A DNA stretch of 64,000 bases, from positions 3,900 through 67,899 of the forward strand of contig CAJHIS010000002.1 in NCBI GenBank assembly GCA_905067555.1, in the 5' to 3' direction. The translations under genes were made by a program, and so were the position numbers. This stretch comes from Candidatus Argoarchaeum ethanivorans. GTDB taxonomy: Archaea; Halobacteriota; Methanosarcinia; Methanosarcinales; EX4572-44. The notes below the pieces were generated by a model. The model made no database searches. It had not been told where the DNA came from and saw only the letters and a program-made list of their open reading frames with translations. Numbering within the stretch: the stretch's first letter is position 1; the number at the start of each line of letters is the position of its first letter. Shown one piece after another: positions 29,603 to 39,356 of the stretch.

Positions 29603-30853
29603 TTATATGCCTGTGTGGTATCGAAGTATTGCAGCAATTCCACCAAAGGCATTTAGTAGTTGCTCTCCCTCTTCAAAGTCTGCTGATATAAACACTACTT
29701 CTGTACCCATCTGGTCGGAAATTACAGAGAGTTCTTCCACCATATCAACAGCCTGTGTTATTTTTGTTGCGCTTTTGCATTTGCTGCATGGAGGTGTTTC
29801 TATTTCCTGTTTCCCTGGTTTTCTGGCGTATGTTTTTTTCTCCTCGTGTTTGCATACATCACAGACCATGGTAATTCTTATTTTTTTCAGATCCTCTGAT
29901 AGAAGCAGTGTCTGGACTGCCCCCATTTCAAGGTTCTTTCGTACATGTTCTTCCCCGTATGTCGCAGATCCTTTATCTTTTACCAATTCTTTCATGAAGT
30001 TTTGCATGTATTGTTTTTCTTTTATAATATCGAGTCCCTCGAGGATGTCCTGTGCATTTTCAAGCAGTTCATAGAGCCCGGACTCGTCTGTGTACGATGT
30101 GTCGACAAGTCCAAGAATTTTTTGCTGCAGTTCGTGGTGAAGATATTCTCCATGTTCGAACTCCTCTTTTGTGGGAGATGGTCCCCCTATGATAATACCT
30201 TCAAGATCATGGTGATCTACTGTTAGGAATACACTATTTGCCTTATCCCCAATGCGGGTGTAAAACTCGTTGATAGCTATCAGCCGCAGTTGTTGAAAAC
30301 GGTGTGCGCTCTGCCCGCCTTTTCGTTGTTTGCCAGGAACATTTGATGTGAGGCTTGCAGATGCTTCGATGCGTTTACCATGCAAAAGCCCTATATTTGC
30401 CTCTCGCCTGTCAAGTACAAGTAATCCATAGATCCTCTTATCTTCCAGCATTTCTTCAAGCGTCTGCAGGTAGAACTCTGAATTGCAGTGATATTTATAG
30501 GAAATAAGTGGTTCTGGTGGTTCAATGATTGTTGTTTGCATATCTGTTTTGTTTGCCCCGATATCTATAGCCCCTGTAAATATGACAAAGCCGTTTTCTG
30601 GTGCTCTTTGTATATATTTAAGTCTCGAGAGTAGAGAATCAATAGCACTTTGCACGTTTCCGCGTGTGAGGCGTGATTTAATATTACTTGCCTGTCCATA
30701 TTCATCTCTGAGCTGTGATGTTACATCTGAAATCTGTTTGTCGTATGGTATGTAAAGAGAAATCAGTTCTGTACCTCTGCCGTGTTTCTCTCTTAGTTCT
30801 TCGAGTTGTTTTTTAAATTCGTATTTTTTATGAGCATCTACCATATATATCAC
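29603..30853 (-). CDS. prf1: Peptide chain release factor aRF1
   Basis: NIKS motif (ASNIKSR) and GGQ motif (KGGQSAHRF). An alternative start is ATG 30844. Confidence 0.92.
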   Translation of the reverse strand: MIYMVDAHKKYEFKKQLEELREKHGRGTELISLYIPYDKQISDVTSQLRDEYGQASNIKSRLTRGNVQSAIDSLLSRLKYIQRAPENGFVIFTGAIDIGANKTDMQTTIIEPPEPLISYKYHCNSEFYLQTLEEMLEDKRIYGLLVLDRREANIGLLHGKRIEASASLTSNVPGKQRKGGQSAHRFQQLRLIAINEFYTRIGDKANSVFLTVDHHDLEGIIIGGPSPTKEEFEHGEYLHHELQQKILGLVDTSYTDESGLYELLENAQDILEGLDIIKEKQYMQNFMKELVKDKGSATYGEEHVRKNLEMGAVQTLLLSEDLKKIRITMVCDVCKHEEKKTYARKPGKQEIETPPCSKCKSATKITQAVDMVEELSVISDQMGTEVVFISADFEEGEQLLNAFGGIAAILRYHTGI

Positions 30854-30859
30854 TGTAAA

Positions 30860-31587
30860 TTAAACAAACCTAATACATGACTTTCGGGTATCCGGATTCT
30901 GCTGCCAACTCGATTGAGACAAAACATCTACATGCCAAATTTTATAGAGTGGCAATAAGGATCGCTGATATCCATTGTGTTCAATATGCAAAGACCTTTA
31001 CCTAAGTTTATCCATCAACTCTGGCTCTTTTGGATTCATCTCTGATTCCATTCTTTTCTCATCATTGGCAATAAAAGCAACGCCCCAGGGATGGAAAATC
31101 GATTCGAATAGTGGCTACAATTCAAATTTTTCATGATCCATAATTACCTCTATTTTCAAGAGTGGCTTTTCCAGTTTCGCTTTGAGTTGTGTTATTTGTT
31201 TATGCCCTTTAATCTATTTTGGGTACAGAGGTGCCTGTGGAAGCGGTCTACTAATGGCAAAAAATCCAAGCCACTCTCGACGCTATGGTTATTTAGCATG
31301 TTCACAAATTAGGTAAACTATTCACTGGGCGTTCCCTGAAACCCGATTCATATCGCTGTTTTCTTGTGGAAATCTGTGTAATCTCGTGGTTAGTTTGAGC
31401 CAGACAAATCTAAAACCCACAACTTAATCTTGTGGGAGCTAAACATGTACCATTTTTTTATTTATACAAATATCTCTAATGGAAATCAAGGGGTCCCAAG
31501 CAACATCGTTAATAAGCATTATTTCTATTTCAGTTCTGCAAACAACAGGATGATTGGTGTTTTTGGTATGTTCTTGAGGTCGTTTAA
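30860..31587. other. Candidate replication origin (oriC) in the 730-bp non-coding region upstream of orc1/cdc6
   Basis: Four copies of A(G/T)AGTGGC (about 30948, 31110 and 31161 direct; about 31266 inverted). The mini-ORB-like element ttcttgtggaaat lies at about 31361, with related GTGG elements. An A/T-rich stretch, ccatttttttatttatacaaatat, lies at 31450-31473. The region adjoins cdc6. Confidence 0.45.
31361..31395 (+). repeat. 10-bp-phased CTNGTG motif cluster, site 3 of 4 (ttcttgtgga aatctgtgta atctcgtggt tagtt)
   Basis: Same unit family as at 4127, 15611 and 49681. It lies about 195 bp upstream of cdc6. Confidence 0.55.
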
Positions 31588-32820
31588 ATGGCTGTAGTAA
31601 ATAGTATATTCGAAAAATTTCTCTCCAATGTTCAAATCTTTGAAAACAGGGAAGTGTTGCGTCACACATATACTCCTGAACACCTGCCTCACCGTGATGT
31701 ACAGGTGGAAAGCCTTGCTGCTATTCTGGTTGCCGCTCTTCGAAAAGATACTCCGTCAAATGTTTTGATCTATGGCAAGACTGGAACCGGGAAAACAGCT
31801 GTGACAAAGTATGTGGGAATGGAGCTTGAGAAAAGCGGTGAAATTCATGGAGTCCCTTGCTATGTTATTTATATAAACTGTGAAATCGTTGACACACAGT
31901 ACAGGCTGCTAGCGCATCTTGCAAGGCACTTTGACAAAGACATCCCTATGACTGGTTGGCCAACAGATCAAGTGTATGCTGAGTTTAAAGAAGCTCTTGA
32001 TAGTGAAAAAGCAATCGTTATTGTCGTTTTGGATGAGATTGATAAACTCGTTAAAAAGGGAGATGACGTATTATATAATCTTTCCCGGATAAACGGGGAT
32101 CTGCATAAAGCTCGCATGGCTATTATTGGAATCTCCAATGATTTAAATTTCACTGAATTTTTAGATCCAAGAGTTAGAAGCTCGCTTGGAGAAGAGGAAA
32201 TAATTTTTCCCCCGTACGATGCCAAACAGATAAAAGACATCTTGAGTCAGCGCGCTGTTATGGCATTTAAGACAGGAGTTCTCGAAGAAAATGTCATACC
32301 ACTGTGTGCTGCTTTTGCCGCACAAGAGAATGGTGATGCACGCCGTGCTCTTGATCTACTTCGAGTATCTGCTGAACTGGCAGAACGTGAAAAATCATCC
32401 ATGGTACGGGAAGAGCACGTGAGGGCAGCCCATGAAAAAATAGAACTTGATAGAGTTGCTGAAGTGGTATGTACTCTTCCAACCCAGTCAAAGCTTGTGC
32501 TACTTTCAGTATTGAAATTGGTTGAGGGTGGGGGGAATCGTTTCATTACTGGTCAGGTGTACCATACATATTGCAAGATGTGCTTACAGATCCAAATGGA
32601 TGTCCTGACTCATCGTCGTATTACCGATCTGATTTCAGAACTGGATATGCTTGGCATTATCAACGCGATGGTTATAAGTAAAGGCAGATATGGTCGTACC
32701 AAGGAAATTTCTTTGAGCACCCCTCTTGAAAGTACCATGAAAACACTCTTCAAGGATTACAGGCTGCAACCATTAATCAACTTTAAAGCACCTGTGGTAG
32801 CACAGACGAAATTTTATTAA
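31588..32820 (+). CDS. cdc6: Orc1/Cdc6 replication initiator
   Basis: 410 aa with Walker A GKTGTGKT, Walker B VVLDEID and a C-terminal winged helix. Confidence 0.92.
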   Translation: MAVVNSIFEKFLSNVQIFENREVLRHTYTPEHLPHRDVQVESLAAILVAALRKDTPSNVLIYGKTGTGKTAVTKYVGMELEKSGEIHGVPCYVIYINCEIVDTQYRLLAHLARHFDKDIPMTGWPTDQVYAEFKEALDSEKAIVIVVLDEIDKLVKKGDDVLYNLSRINGDLHKARMAIIGISNDLNFTEFLDPRVRSSLGEEEIIFPPYDAKQIKDILSQRAVMAFKTGVLEENVIPLCAAFAAQENGDARRALDLLRVSAELAEREKSSMVREEHVRAAHEKIELDRVAEVVCTLPTQSKLVLLSVLKLVEGGGNRFITGQVYHTYCKMCLQIQMDVLTHRRITDLISELDMLGIINAMVISKGRYGRTKEISLSTPLESTMKTLFKDYRLQPLINFKAPVVAQTKFY

Positions 32821-32827
32821 ATAGTTA

Positions 32828-33096
32828 ATTTTTTAAAAACGTATAGGAAAGTATAAACACACTTCATTTTCTTGCTATTGAAATTCGATACATGACTTGC
32901 TGCACTCGATTGCTTCACAATCGAGAACTAAAAGCTACCTGTTATTTTCTACACAACGAAGTTGTGTAGTGCTTGCGTAATCAAGAATCAGAGGTTGTCG
33001 ATAATTCTGCGAAAGCGAAGTTATGCAGTGCTTCTTGTAATCGAGAGTTATTTCCACGCATGGATTGCGTGGTTCTGCGAAAGCGAAGTTGTGCAG
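32828..33096. repeat. Composite repeat element: T-run plus cgtataggaaagtataaac box plus at least 6 stacked hairpins
   Basis: The first ~90 bp (32828-32915) are closely similar by eye to 39754-39838. Hairpins lie at 32905-32925, 32949-32969, 32972-32985, 33007-33028, 33054-33072 and 33075-33096. It sits between convergent cdc6 and the signal peptidase gene. Confidence 0.85.
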
Positions 33097-33100
33097 TTCT

Positions 33101-33676
33101 TCATAAATTTGGTAAAGGTAGCACTGAATGAGCAAAGAGGGGTAGATATCCAATATAAGGAATGCGACAGACTGCAATTCCTACAACCCACTCCTTTTTT
33201 ACAGGTGTATGATAACAGATGTTTCCCTCCTGATCATAGTATCGATTGGTTATCTTGTTATCCCCTTTTGTAATATAGCCATCATGGGGTGCAGGAGGCC
33301 CATTCTCCCACATGGGTTCACCCTTTTTAACAAAGTACATGGCCCGGTGAATGATAGGCGTTATATCAGCACGCCCGTTTTTTTTATATAAAATGACATT
33401 TCCGTAGTTGTTAAAAGAATTGTAACCCTGCTCCTTTCCATCCATGTATGTGATAATTTCCCCACGATTCAGAGTTTTTATAAAAATAATATCTCCAACT
33501 TCCATATTATGTTCCATGCTTCCGGATTCCACTGCTACCATCGGATGATATGTTCCAAATACGACCTTGGATGCAGATGTAAACACTATAAGAATAAACA
33601 CCACAAAAATTAGATCGTTGGCAAACCTGACCCAATAATTATCACTTTTTCTAAATTTTTTTATTGCATCTTTCAT
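33101..33676 (-). CDS. Signal peptidase I, archaeal Sec11/S26B type
   Basis: 191 aa with an N-terminal TM segment and the catalytic-Ser motif ESGSMEH. Confidence 0.8.
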   Translation of the reverse strand: MKDAIKKFRKSDNYWVRFANDLIFVVFILIVFTSASKVVFGTYHPMVAVESGSMEHNMEVGDIIFIKTLNRGEIITYMDGKEQGYNSFNNYGNVILYKKNGRADITPIIHRAMYFVKKGEPMWENGPPAPHDGYITKGDNKITNRYYDQEGNICYHTPVKKEWVVGIAVCRIPYIGYLPLFAHSVLPLPNL

Positions 33677-33721
33677 TTAAAAACCTTTTGTGTTGTCGCA
33701 TAACAATAAATCACCAATCAT

Positions 33722-33833
33722 TGGCGCCGAGGTTGGGATTTGAACCCAAGCATCCCGCAAGGGACAGCAAGTCTCGAGCCTGCCGCGTTTAGACTCCTAT
33801 TTTTATTGGATTAGTCCGCTCTGCCACCTCGGC
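33722..33833 (-). tRNA. tRNA-Ser(CGA) with a 22-nt insertion in the D-loop (putative non-canonical intron) and a genomically encoded CCA
   Basis: Acceptor GCCGAGG/CCTCGGC with discriminator G followed by CCA. Anticodon arm GCAGG-CTCGAGA-CTTGC, a long variable arm, and T arm TTGGG-TTCAAAT-CCCAA. The D region reads GGCAGAGCGGAC[TAATCCAATAAAAATAGGAGTC]TAAACGC, with a CTAA duplication at both boundaries. Confidence 0.8.
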
Positions 33834-33940
33834 ACTGTGTTTTAGTGGTGCTGTGCGGAAGATTGAATTTATTTATGCTAAAATGTGCATGTTTCAATCG
33901 CTACAACTTTGTACTGGTACATTAATGTATTGCTGCTAAG

Positions 33941-35083
33941 ATGAACTTTCGAACCAAACAATTTGTAAGAAGCAGATTCCAACATTATTATAAGACTCAC
34001 AAGATATACCTGCCACCAGGCTTTGATGTACGTGAGTGGGGTTTTATCATGTTTGACGAACTCCCTGAAGTGCGTATGCGTCGCCACAAAGCTTTCGGCT
34101 CAAGAGGAGAACTGAGTGATTATCTAAGCGGAATGGTTCCTTCTCATGCATATTATTCCACTGCCTATTATACGTATCCTGCTGCACGAAACATGAAGGA
34201 AAAGGGATGGCAGGGTGCTGATTTAATCTTTGATCTTGATGCAGACCATCTCAGAAAACAGGGCGCAGATTATGCAGAAATGCTTGAAAATGTCAAAACA
34301 GAAACCATAAAACTTTTAGATTTCCTGACAGAAGACTTTGGATTCGGGAGTGAGCATATCGAAGTGGTATTTTCCGGGGGCAGAGGTTACCATATTCATG
34401 TACGAGACAAATCTGTGCTCAAACTTGAAAGTGGTGCAAGACGTGAGATTGTAGATTACCTTACATGCACCGGGTTTGATTATAAAAAGATTTTTAAAAA
34501 TGATTCGACATGGAGCATGCGTATCGCAGAAAAGGTGATTGATTATTTTTACAAGCTCAGGTTTTCAGTGGATAAAAATGAAGCACTCCATAGCTTGCAG
34601 AGGTTTACTGAGATCGGTAAAAAGAGGAGTAGCAGAGTGATGGATACACTGTATGAATTTAATACGCGTGATGAACTTGAAACATATTTTCGTCATGGCG
34701 GCTTTGGCTTTAAACAGCACATAGCGCTTAATGTGAAACAGGTTGCTGAGAGCCTCATAAACCTTGAGGGTATTGCTTCGCTGAGTGGTGAGACTGACGA
34801 GCCTGTAACAACCGATATTAAACGATTAATTCGTCTTCCTTTAAGTCTTCATGGCGGCAGTGGGTTTACAGTAACCCCTGTTGCGATAGATGCTCTTGAA
34901 TCATTCAATCCATTAATTGATGCGGTTACGTTTGGAAACGACATGACCAGTGTTATTGGCATAAAACCCTTTGAAATCCAGATGTACAATAATACGTACA
35001 CAGTAGAACCCGGAACATCTGTTCTTCCGGAGTGTGCTGCAATATATGCAATGTGTCGAGGAGCCTGCGAGTATGGTGAATAG
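33941..35083 (+). CDS. priS: DNA primase small (catalytic) subunit PriS
   Basis: 380 aa with the catalytic DLIFDLDADH and SGGRGYH motifs. Confidence 0.9.
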   Translation: MNFRTKQFVRSRFQHYYKTHKIYLPPGFDVREWGFIMFDELPEVRMRRHKAFGSRGELSDYLSGMVPSHAYYSTAYYTYPAARNMKEKGWQGADLIFDLDADHLRKQGADYAEMLENVKTETIKLLDFLTEDFGFGSEHIEVVFSGGRGYHIHVRDKSVLKLESGARREIVDYLTCTGFDYKKIFKNDSTWSMRIAEKVIDYFYKLRFSVDKNEALHSLQRFTEIGKKRSSRVMDTLYEFNTRDELETYFRHGGFGFKQHIALNVKQVAESLINLEGIASLSGETDEPVTTDIKRLIRLPLSLHGGSGFTVTPVAIDALESFNPLIDAVTFGNDMTSVIGIKPFEIQMYNNTYTVEPGTSVLPECAAIYAMCRGACEYGE

Positions 35084-35699
35084 AAGAACGATTGATGATG
35101 CTGTTCGGATGGAAAAAGAAAGTTCAAAACTATCTGCGCTGGATGATGATTTCTACCAGCAGTCTCGCGCATTTCTACAGAGCCTGTATGAAGAACTGAA
35201 AAACTATGAACCTGATAGTTCAAAATATAATATTATTCAGCGTGGATTAAAAAACACCAGAGATCAAATAGAGAAACTCTTTGAGCTTAGAATGTGGAAA
35301 CTACTGAAAAAATCAGCACTTAAAGGTGAAGATGATGCCACATTTGACACAACAACATTAACTGTTGAAGAACGAAAAACATACAACGAACTGAGAAAAA
35401 CAATAACCTCGCACCAGCAACTGATATTTAATATTACAGAACAGAAGAAACCTAATATAGAGCCAGTAACCGAAGACGCCGCGCAGGAACAAAACATTAA
35501 AACTGAAACGTCTGACAATAGTAAAAGGAATATAACCGATGAATACATTGTTGTCAGAGTTTTGCAGGATATTCCGCAGTTTCGAGGGATTGATATGCAT
35601 GATTATACTCTAACAAAGGACGATGTTGCTGTTTTACCAGGTATAAATGCAGATGCATTATGCAAACGTGATATTGCAGTTAAAATTAATTTAAGTTGA
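35073..35699 (+). CDS. GINS subunit (Gins51/Gins15-type)
   Basis: The start MVNRRTIDD... at 35073 overlaps the priS stop by 11 nt. The A-domain is helical (LFELRMWKLLKK) and the C-terminal B-domain reads VRVLQDIPQFRGIDMHDYTLTKDDVAVLP. priS-gins synteny is conserved. Confidence 0.75.
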   Translation: MVNRRTIDDAVRMEKESSKLSALDDDFYQQSRAFLQSLYEELKNYEPDSSKYNIIQRGLKNTRDQIEKLFELRMWKLLKKSALKGEDDATFDTTTLTVEERKTYNELRKTITSHQQLIFNITEQKKPNIEPVTEDAAQEQNIKTETSDNSKRNITDEYIVVRVLQDIPQFRGIDMHDYTLTKDDVAVLPGINADALCKRDIAVKINLS

Positions 35700-35711
35700 G
35701 AATAATAAACT

Positions 35712-36941
35712 ATGTCGAGCTTGTTGCCTTTCTTCAAAGATCAATGGATACTTGCGGTTTCAGATCTCACTTTTAGCATCAAACAAAAGTTCAAAGAGGA
35801 CAGTGATATGCAGGATGTGTGGGTAAGGGGCGAGATCTCAAACCTGACAAACCATCGATCAGGCCACAGCTATTTTACCCTGAAAGATGCGAAAAGCCAG
35901 ATTCAATGCGTGATGTTCAAATGGTATGCAAAACGGCTTAAATTCAAACCGTCACCTGGTATGAAAGTAATAGTTTTTGGAAGCGTCGAAATCTATGAAC
36001 AACGGAGCCAGTACCAGATCCAGGTTATGACAATTCGACCGGATGGCATTGGAGAGCTTTATAAAGCGTTTGAACAGCTCAAAATCAAACTTGAAGCGGA
36101 AGGGCTCTTTAGCGAAGTACACAAAAAACCACTGCCAAAATACCCATTAACGATTGCAGTGGCATCCTCTCCTACAGGCGCTGTTATCCATGACATTATA
36201 AATATTACCAGGCGCCGTTATCCAGTGCATATCATTCTTGCACCAACGCTGGTACAGGGAGCAGAAGCAAGAGAGAGCATTGTAAAGTCTATTCAACTGC
36301 TCAACCAAATGAATGTGGACGTGATTATTCTTGCACGCGGTGGCGGCTCAATCGAGGATCTTTGGCCATTTAACGAGGAAGAAGTAGCAAGAGCAATATA
36401 CCATTCAGAGATTCCCATAGTATCAGCCATTGGGCATGAAACTGATTACACCATTGCAGACTTTACAGCAGACCTTAGAGCACCCACCCCGTCTGCTGCT
36501 GCAGAACTAACCGTACCAGACGTAAGCGATATACGACAACAATTGAGTCAATATGATGTGATTCTTGACCACACGATAAAAGAAAAAATAAGCGGTATCT
36601 CTCAGAGGATTGCTCAATACGAATCCATTGTGTCCATTAAACGATTAGATGAACGTGTAAACATCAAACAGCAGAGAATGAAAGAAATGAACAAGCACCT
36701 GCAGCGGTTGATGCATCATAAAATTGATATAACAAACAGTCACTTTGATTCAGTGTATACATATCTCAATGCAGTAAGTCCGCTACACACCATTAAGCGC
36801 GGATACAGCATAACACTGAAAGGCAAAACCATTGTGAGCAGCATAACACAGATTAAAAAGGGGGATAATATTGAAATCATGGTAAAAGATGGTATGATTG
36901 AAAGTACAGTCAATGCAAAGAATAAGAGAGAGGTTGTATGA
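35712..36941 (+). CDS. xseA: Exodeoxyribonuclease VII large subunit
   Basis: 409 aa with an N-terminal OB fold (VWVRGEISNLTNHRSGHSYFTLKD) and ARGGGSIEDLW. Confidence 0.88.
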   Translation: MSSLLPFFKDQWILAVSDLTFSIKQKFKEDSDMQDVWVRGEISNLTNHRSGHSYFTLKDAKSQIQCVMFKWYAKRLKFKPSPGMKVIVFGSVEIYEQRSQYQIQVMTIRPDGIGELYKAFEQLKIKLEAEGLFSEVHKKPLPKYPLTIAVASSPTGAVIHDIINITRRRYPVHIILAPTLVQGAEARESIVKSIQLLNQMNVDVIILARGGGSIEDLWPFNEEEVARAIYHSEIPIVSAIGHETDYTIADFTADLRAPTPSAAAELTVPDVSDIRQQLSQYDVILDHTIKEKISGISQRIAQYESIVSIKRLDERVNIKQQRMKEMNKHLQRLMHHKIDITNSHFDSVYTYLNAVSPLHTIKRGYSITLKGKTIVSSITQIKKGDNIEIMVKDGMIESTVNAKNKREVV

Positions 36942-36944
36942 TAA

Positions 36945-37199
36945 ATGAATGAAGATATAAGAGAGAGCAAAGAAAACGAGATTGATGTTTGGAACTTAAG
37001 CTTTGAAGAATCACTAACAAAATTGGAAGAGATAGTCAAACAGCTTGAAGATGGAAACCTTCCACTCGAAGACAGTCTCAGTTTGTTTGAGTGCGGCATC
37101 AGATTCTCCCGACGATGCAGAGAACTATTAGAGAATGCCAAACACCGGGTAGATATACTTACTGAAGAAGGATTTGAGCCTTTTGAAGATGAGGTTTGA
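36945..37199 (+). CDS. xseB: Exodeoxyribonuclease VII small subunit
   Basis: 84 aa with SFEESLTKLEEIVKQLEDGNLPLEDSL, typical of XseB. Confidence 0.85.
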   Translation: MNEDIRESKENEIDVWNLSFEESLTKLEEIVKQLEDGNLPLEDSLSLFECGIRFSRRCRELLENAKHRVDILTEEGFEPFEDEV

Positions 37200-37520
37200 T
37201 TTGTAAGTTACTAAAATCACCCTACAGTGTCTCATTCTACTTTTATGCGTTAGGTGAGGGTTTCTACGGCAAAGTGGTAGTGGCACTGAATGATAGAACG
37301 TTACACTACAATGCGACAGACAAAGTGGACTCTATAATGGTTGGGAAATGGTTATTTTGCGACACAATCACTTATATGCACTGATTTGGACTTACAAAAT
37401 CCAACCCCAAAATGACGCTATAGATATAACGATATGAACTACAAGATTACCCTGAAAACTTTTTCATTCTTAATTTTTCGTGTATTGGGATTCATAGGAG
37501 CTTACACAAACTCTCATGAC

Positions 37521-38147
37521 TCATTTTGACTTACCATATTTAGACACTGTTTTCCAGCTCTTGCGCACAAAGGGAGGGAACTCCTTGTGAGAGTGTATCC
37601 AATCTTCAAGAAATCTTTTTGTTTTAGGATCTGACGGGTAACCGCTGCCAATCAACAAGCCCATTTTCATGCTCAATTCTTTTACCAGAGCGTCTCGCTT
37701 TACCTTTGCAATGATGGATGCAGCAGACACAACAGGATATTTCTGATCTGCGTGATGCTCTGAGATTATCTCTATCTTGTGTCCATATTTCTCACCAACC
37801 AATCTACCAAACCGCTCTGGTTTGACATCGGCAGCATCAAGGTATGCAAACTCTGGTTTTAGTTCTTTAAGCACCCTTGCAAAGCAGATTACCATCACCA
37901 CATTCATGGTCATTGCCTTACGAAATTCATCGATCTGTGCTGCACTCACCTCAAGCACAAATGTCTTATCTGCTATATTTTTAATCTGTTCTGATAATTT
38001 TTCACGCTTCTTTGGGGTGAGCTTTTTCGAATCATCCACGCCAAGCTTTTTTAACCTCCCCACATCTGTTGTCAGTACGCCGCCAACACACATAGGTCCA
38101 ACAACCGGCCCCTTGCCTGCCTCATCCACGCCCGCTATTAGTGTCAT
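37521..38147 (-). CDS. rnhB: Ribonuclease HII
   Basis: GVDEAGKGPVVGPM and the DSK motif. Confidence 0.9.
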   Translation of the reverse strand: MTLIAGVDEAGKGPVVGPMCVGGVLTTDVGRLKKLGVDDSKKLTPKKREKLSEQIKNIADKTFVLEVSAAQIDEFRKAMTMNVVMVICFARVLKELKPEFAYLDAADVKPERFGRLVGEKYGHKIEIISEHHADQKYPVVSAASIIAKVKRDALVKELSMKMGLLIGSGYPSDPKTKRFLEDWIHSHKEFPPFVRKSWKTVSKYGKSK

Positions 38148-38165
38148 CCAGTCACCTATTTATCC

Positions 38166-38792
38166 TTAGCAGTTTTTGATTAATGTTCCGCCGCGATCCT
38201 GTTCAATAGCTGTAATAATTGGTTCAGCACGTAATCCACAGACCACGCGGCAGGTAAGACCGTTTGTTAAAAGAAAGCCTGGGAGGGCACGGTCAACACA
38301 GGTGTCAAGACCGGGGAGCTTTGAAGCACATATTTCCTCAACGAGATCTTCCTTAATATATATACCCTGCACATCAGTAGCTTTAATAAAATTAGATTTA
38401 TATTCGTTGGCAATCCATGCAGCAATAGTATCACCAGTTACATCCCAGCTGTGTTGTTCCATACAATCTTCCATACAAAATAGGTGGTACGGTAAAAGCA
38501 CAAACACTCCATTACCATCCGGTTTTCCCCTCACCAAACTGGTACCTGTCCTGTCACACAATAGCAAACCATATTGTTCCATTGCAAGAAGAGCCATCCA
38601 GTGAGATGCATCAGACGAGAGGTGCATACGGGCATCCACGTTTCTTACCATATCAGCAAAAATGCCGCCTCCTGGTACAAGAAGAATACACTGTTTGCTC
38701 CTGTCTGCGTAATCTGCAAGATCGCTGACCACATCCCTTGCACAATCGATCAGACTTCCACCAAACTTCACAACAAACATCAATACAAGCAA
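38166..38792 (-). CDS. Amino-acid-kinase-family protein, possibly methanofuran biosynthesis kinase MfnE
   Basis: VVKFGGSL and LVPGGGIFAD motifs, about 205 aa. The likely start is ATG 38780. The MfnE assignment rests on size and family only. Confidence 0.55.
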   Translation of the reverse strand: MLVLMFVVKFGGSLIDCARDVVSDLADYADRSKQCILLVPGGGIFADMVRNVDARMHLSSDASHWMALLAMEQYGLLLCDRTGTSLVRGKPDGNGVFVLLPYHLFCMEDCMEQHSWDVTGDTIAAWIANEYKSNFIKATDVQGIYIKEDLVEEICASKLPGLDTCVDRALPGFLLTNGLTCRVVCGLRAEPIITAIEQDRGGTLIKNC

Positions 38793-38853
38793 TGGCAGCC
38801 TTCACACAAATACTTTCTTAAAGTAACTCCTGTTGTATGTGAATGATTTAAGA

Positions 38854-38927
38854 TGGGCTCGCGGAGATTTGAACTCCGGATCTCCGCCGTGTAAAGGCGA
38901 TGTCATGACCAACTAGACCACAAGCCC
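38854..38927 (-). tRNA. tRNA-Val(UAC)
   Basis: GGGCTTGTGGTCTAGTTGGTCATGACATCGCCTTTACACGGCGGAGATCCGGAGTTCAAATCTCCGCGAGCCCA folds as a canonical cloverleaf with anticodon loop TTTACAC. Confidence 0.9.
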
Positions 38928-39356
38928 TACTGTGAGCCCCAACCGCACTACCCCATAATGAATTATGAGGAATCTCATTGCTGCAAGCCTAAGCTTTCCA
39001 CAAGGATTTTATCTCCTTTCAATTTAATTAACATTAATTGTTAGTTTCTATCTCTATAAAAGGTTAACTGTTTCAGTTTTAAGAAGCCGTTAAATTAGCT
39101 TTTTGACTTAAAAGTCTATCTCTTTTTTGGGTATGACCTGGTTTGCAGGTATGCTGCCCTCTCAGTATCCCCAAAGGAAATTTATATGGAGCTTGAGCTT
39201 TAAAGCATTGAAACATCATGGGTTCAGTGGTAGTTGTCTACTGGGACCCGGGTTTTCTTCCCAAAAAAGATAGTATCTCAAGCTTTAGCACTCTCGATAT
39301 TTTTGTTAATTCCTGTGGATTCGGAGATACGGTCTTCATAGCAATACTTATATGCT

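Noticed and set aside
37200-37520. A 320-bp gap after xseB, examined for a C/D-box sRNA or other ncRNA (aatgatag ... ctga-like elements). The track also lists a 62-aa ORF here.
   Set aside because: The box spacing and terminal stem do not fit a C/D sRNA, and the ORF has no coding-like features.
39190-39285. A tRNA-like or structured segment (gggttcagtggtagttgtctactgggacccggg) enclosed by the agcttgag/ctcaagct inverted repeat.
   Set aside because: It has a D-arm-like sequence only. I could build no T arm, anticodon arm or acceptor stem. It might be a structured RNA or a tRNA fragment, but I cannot support a call.
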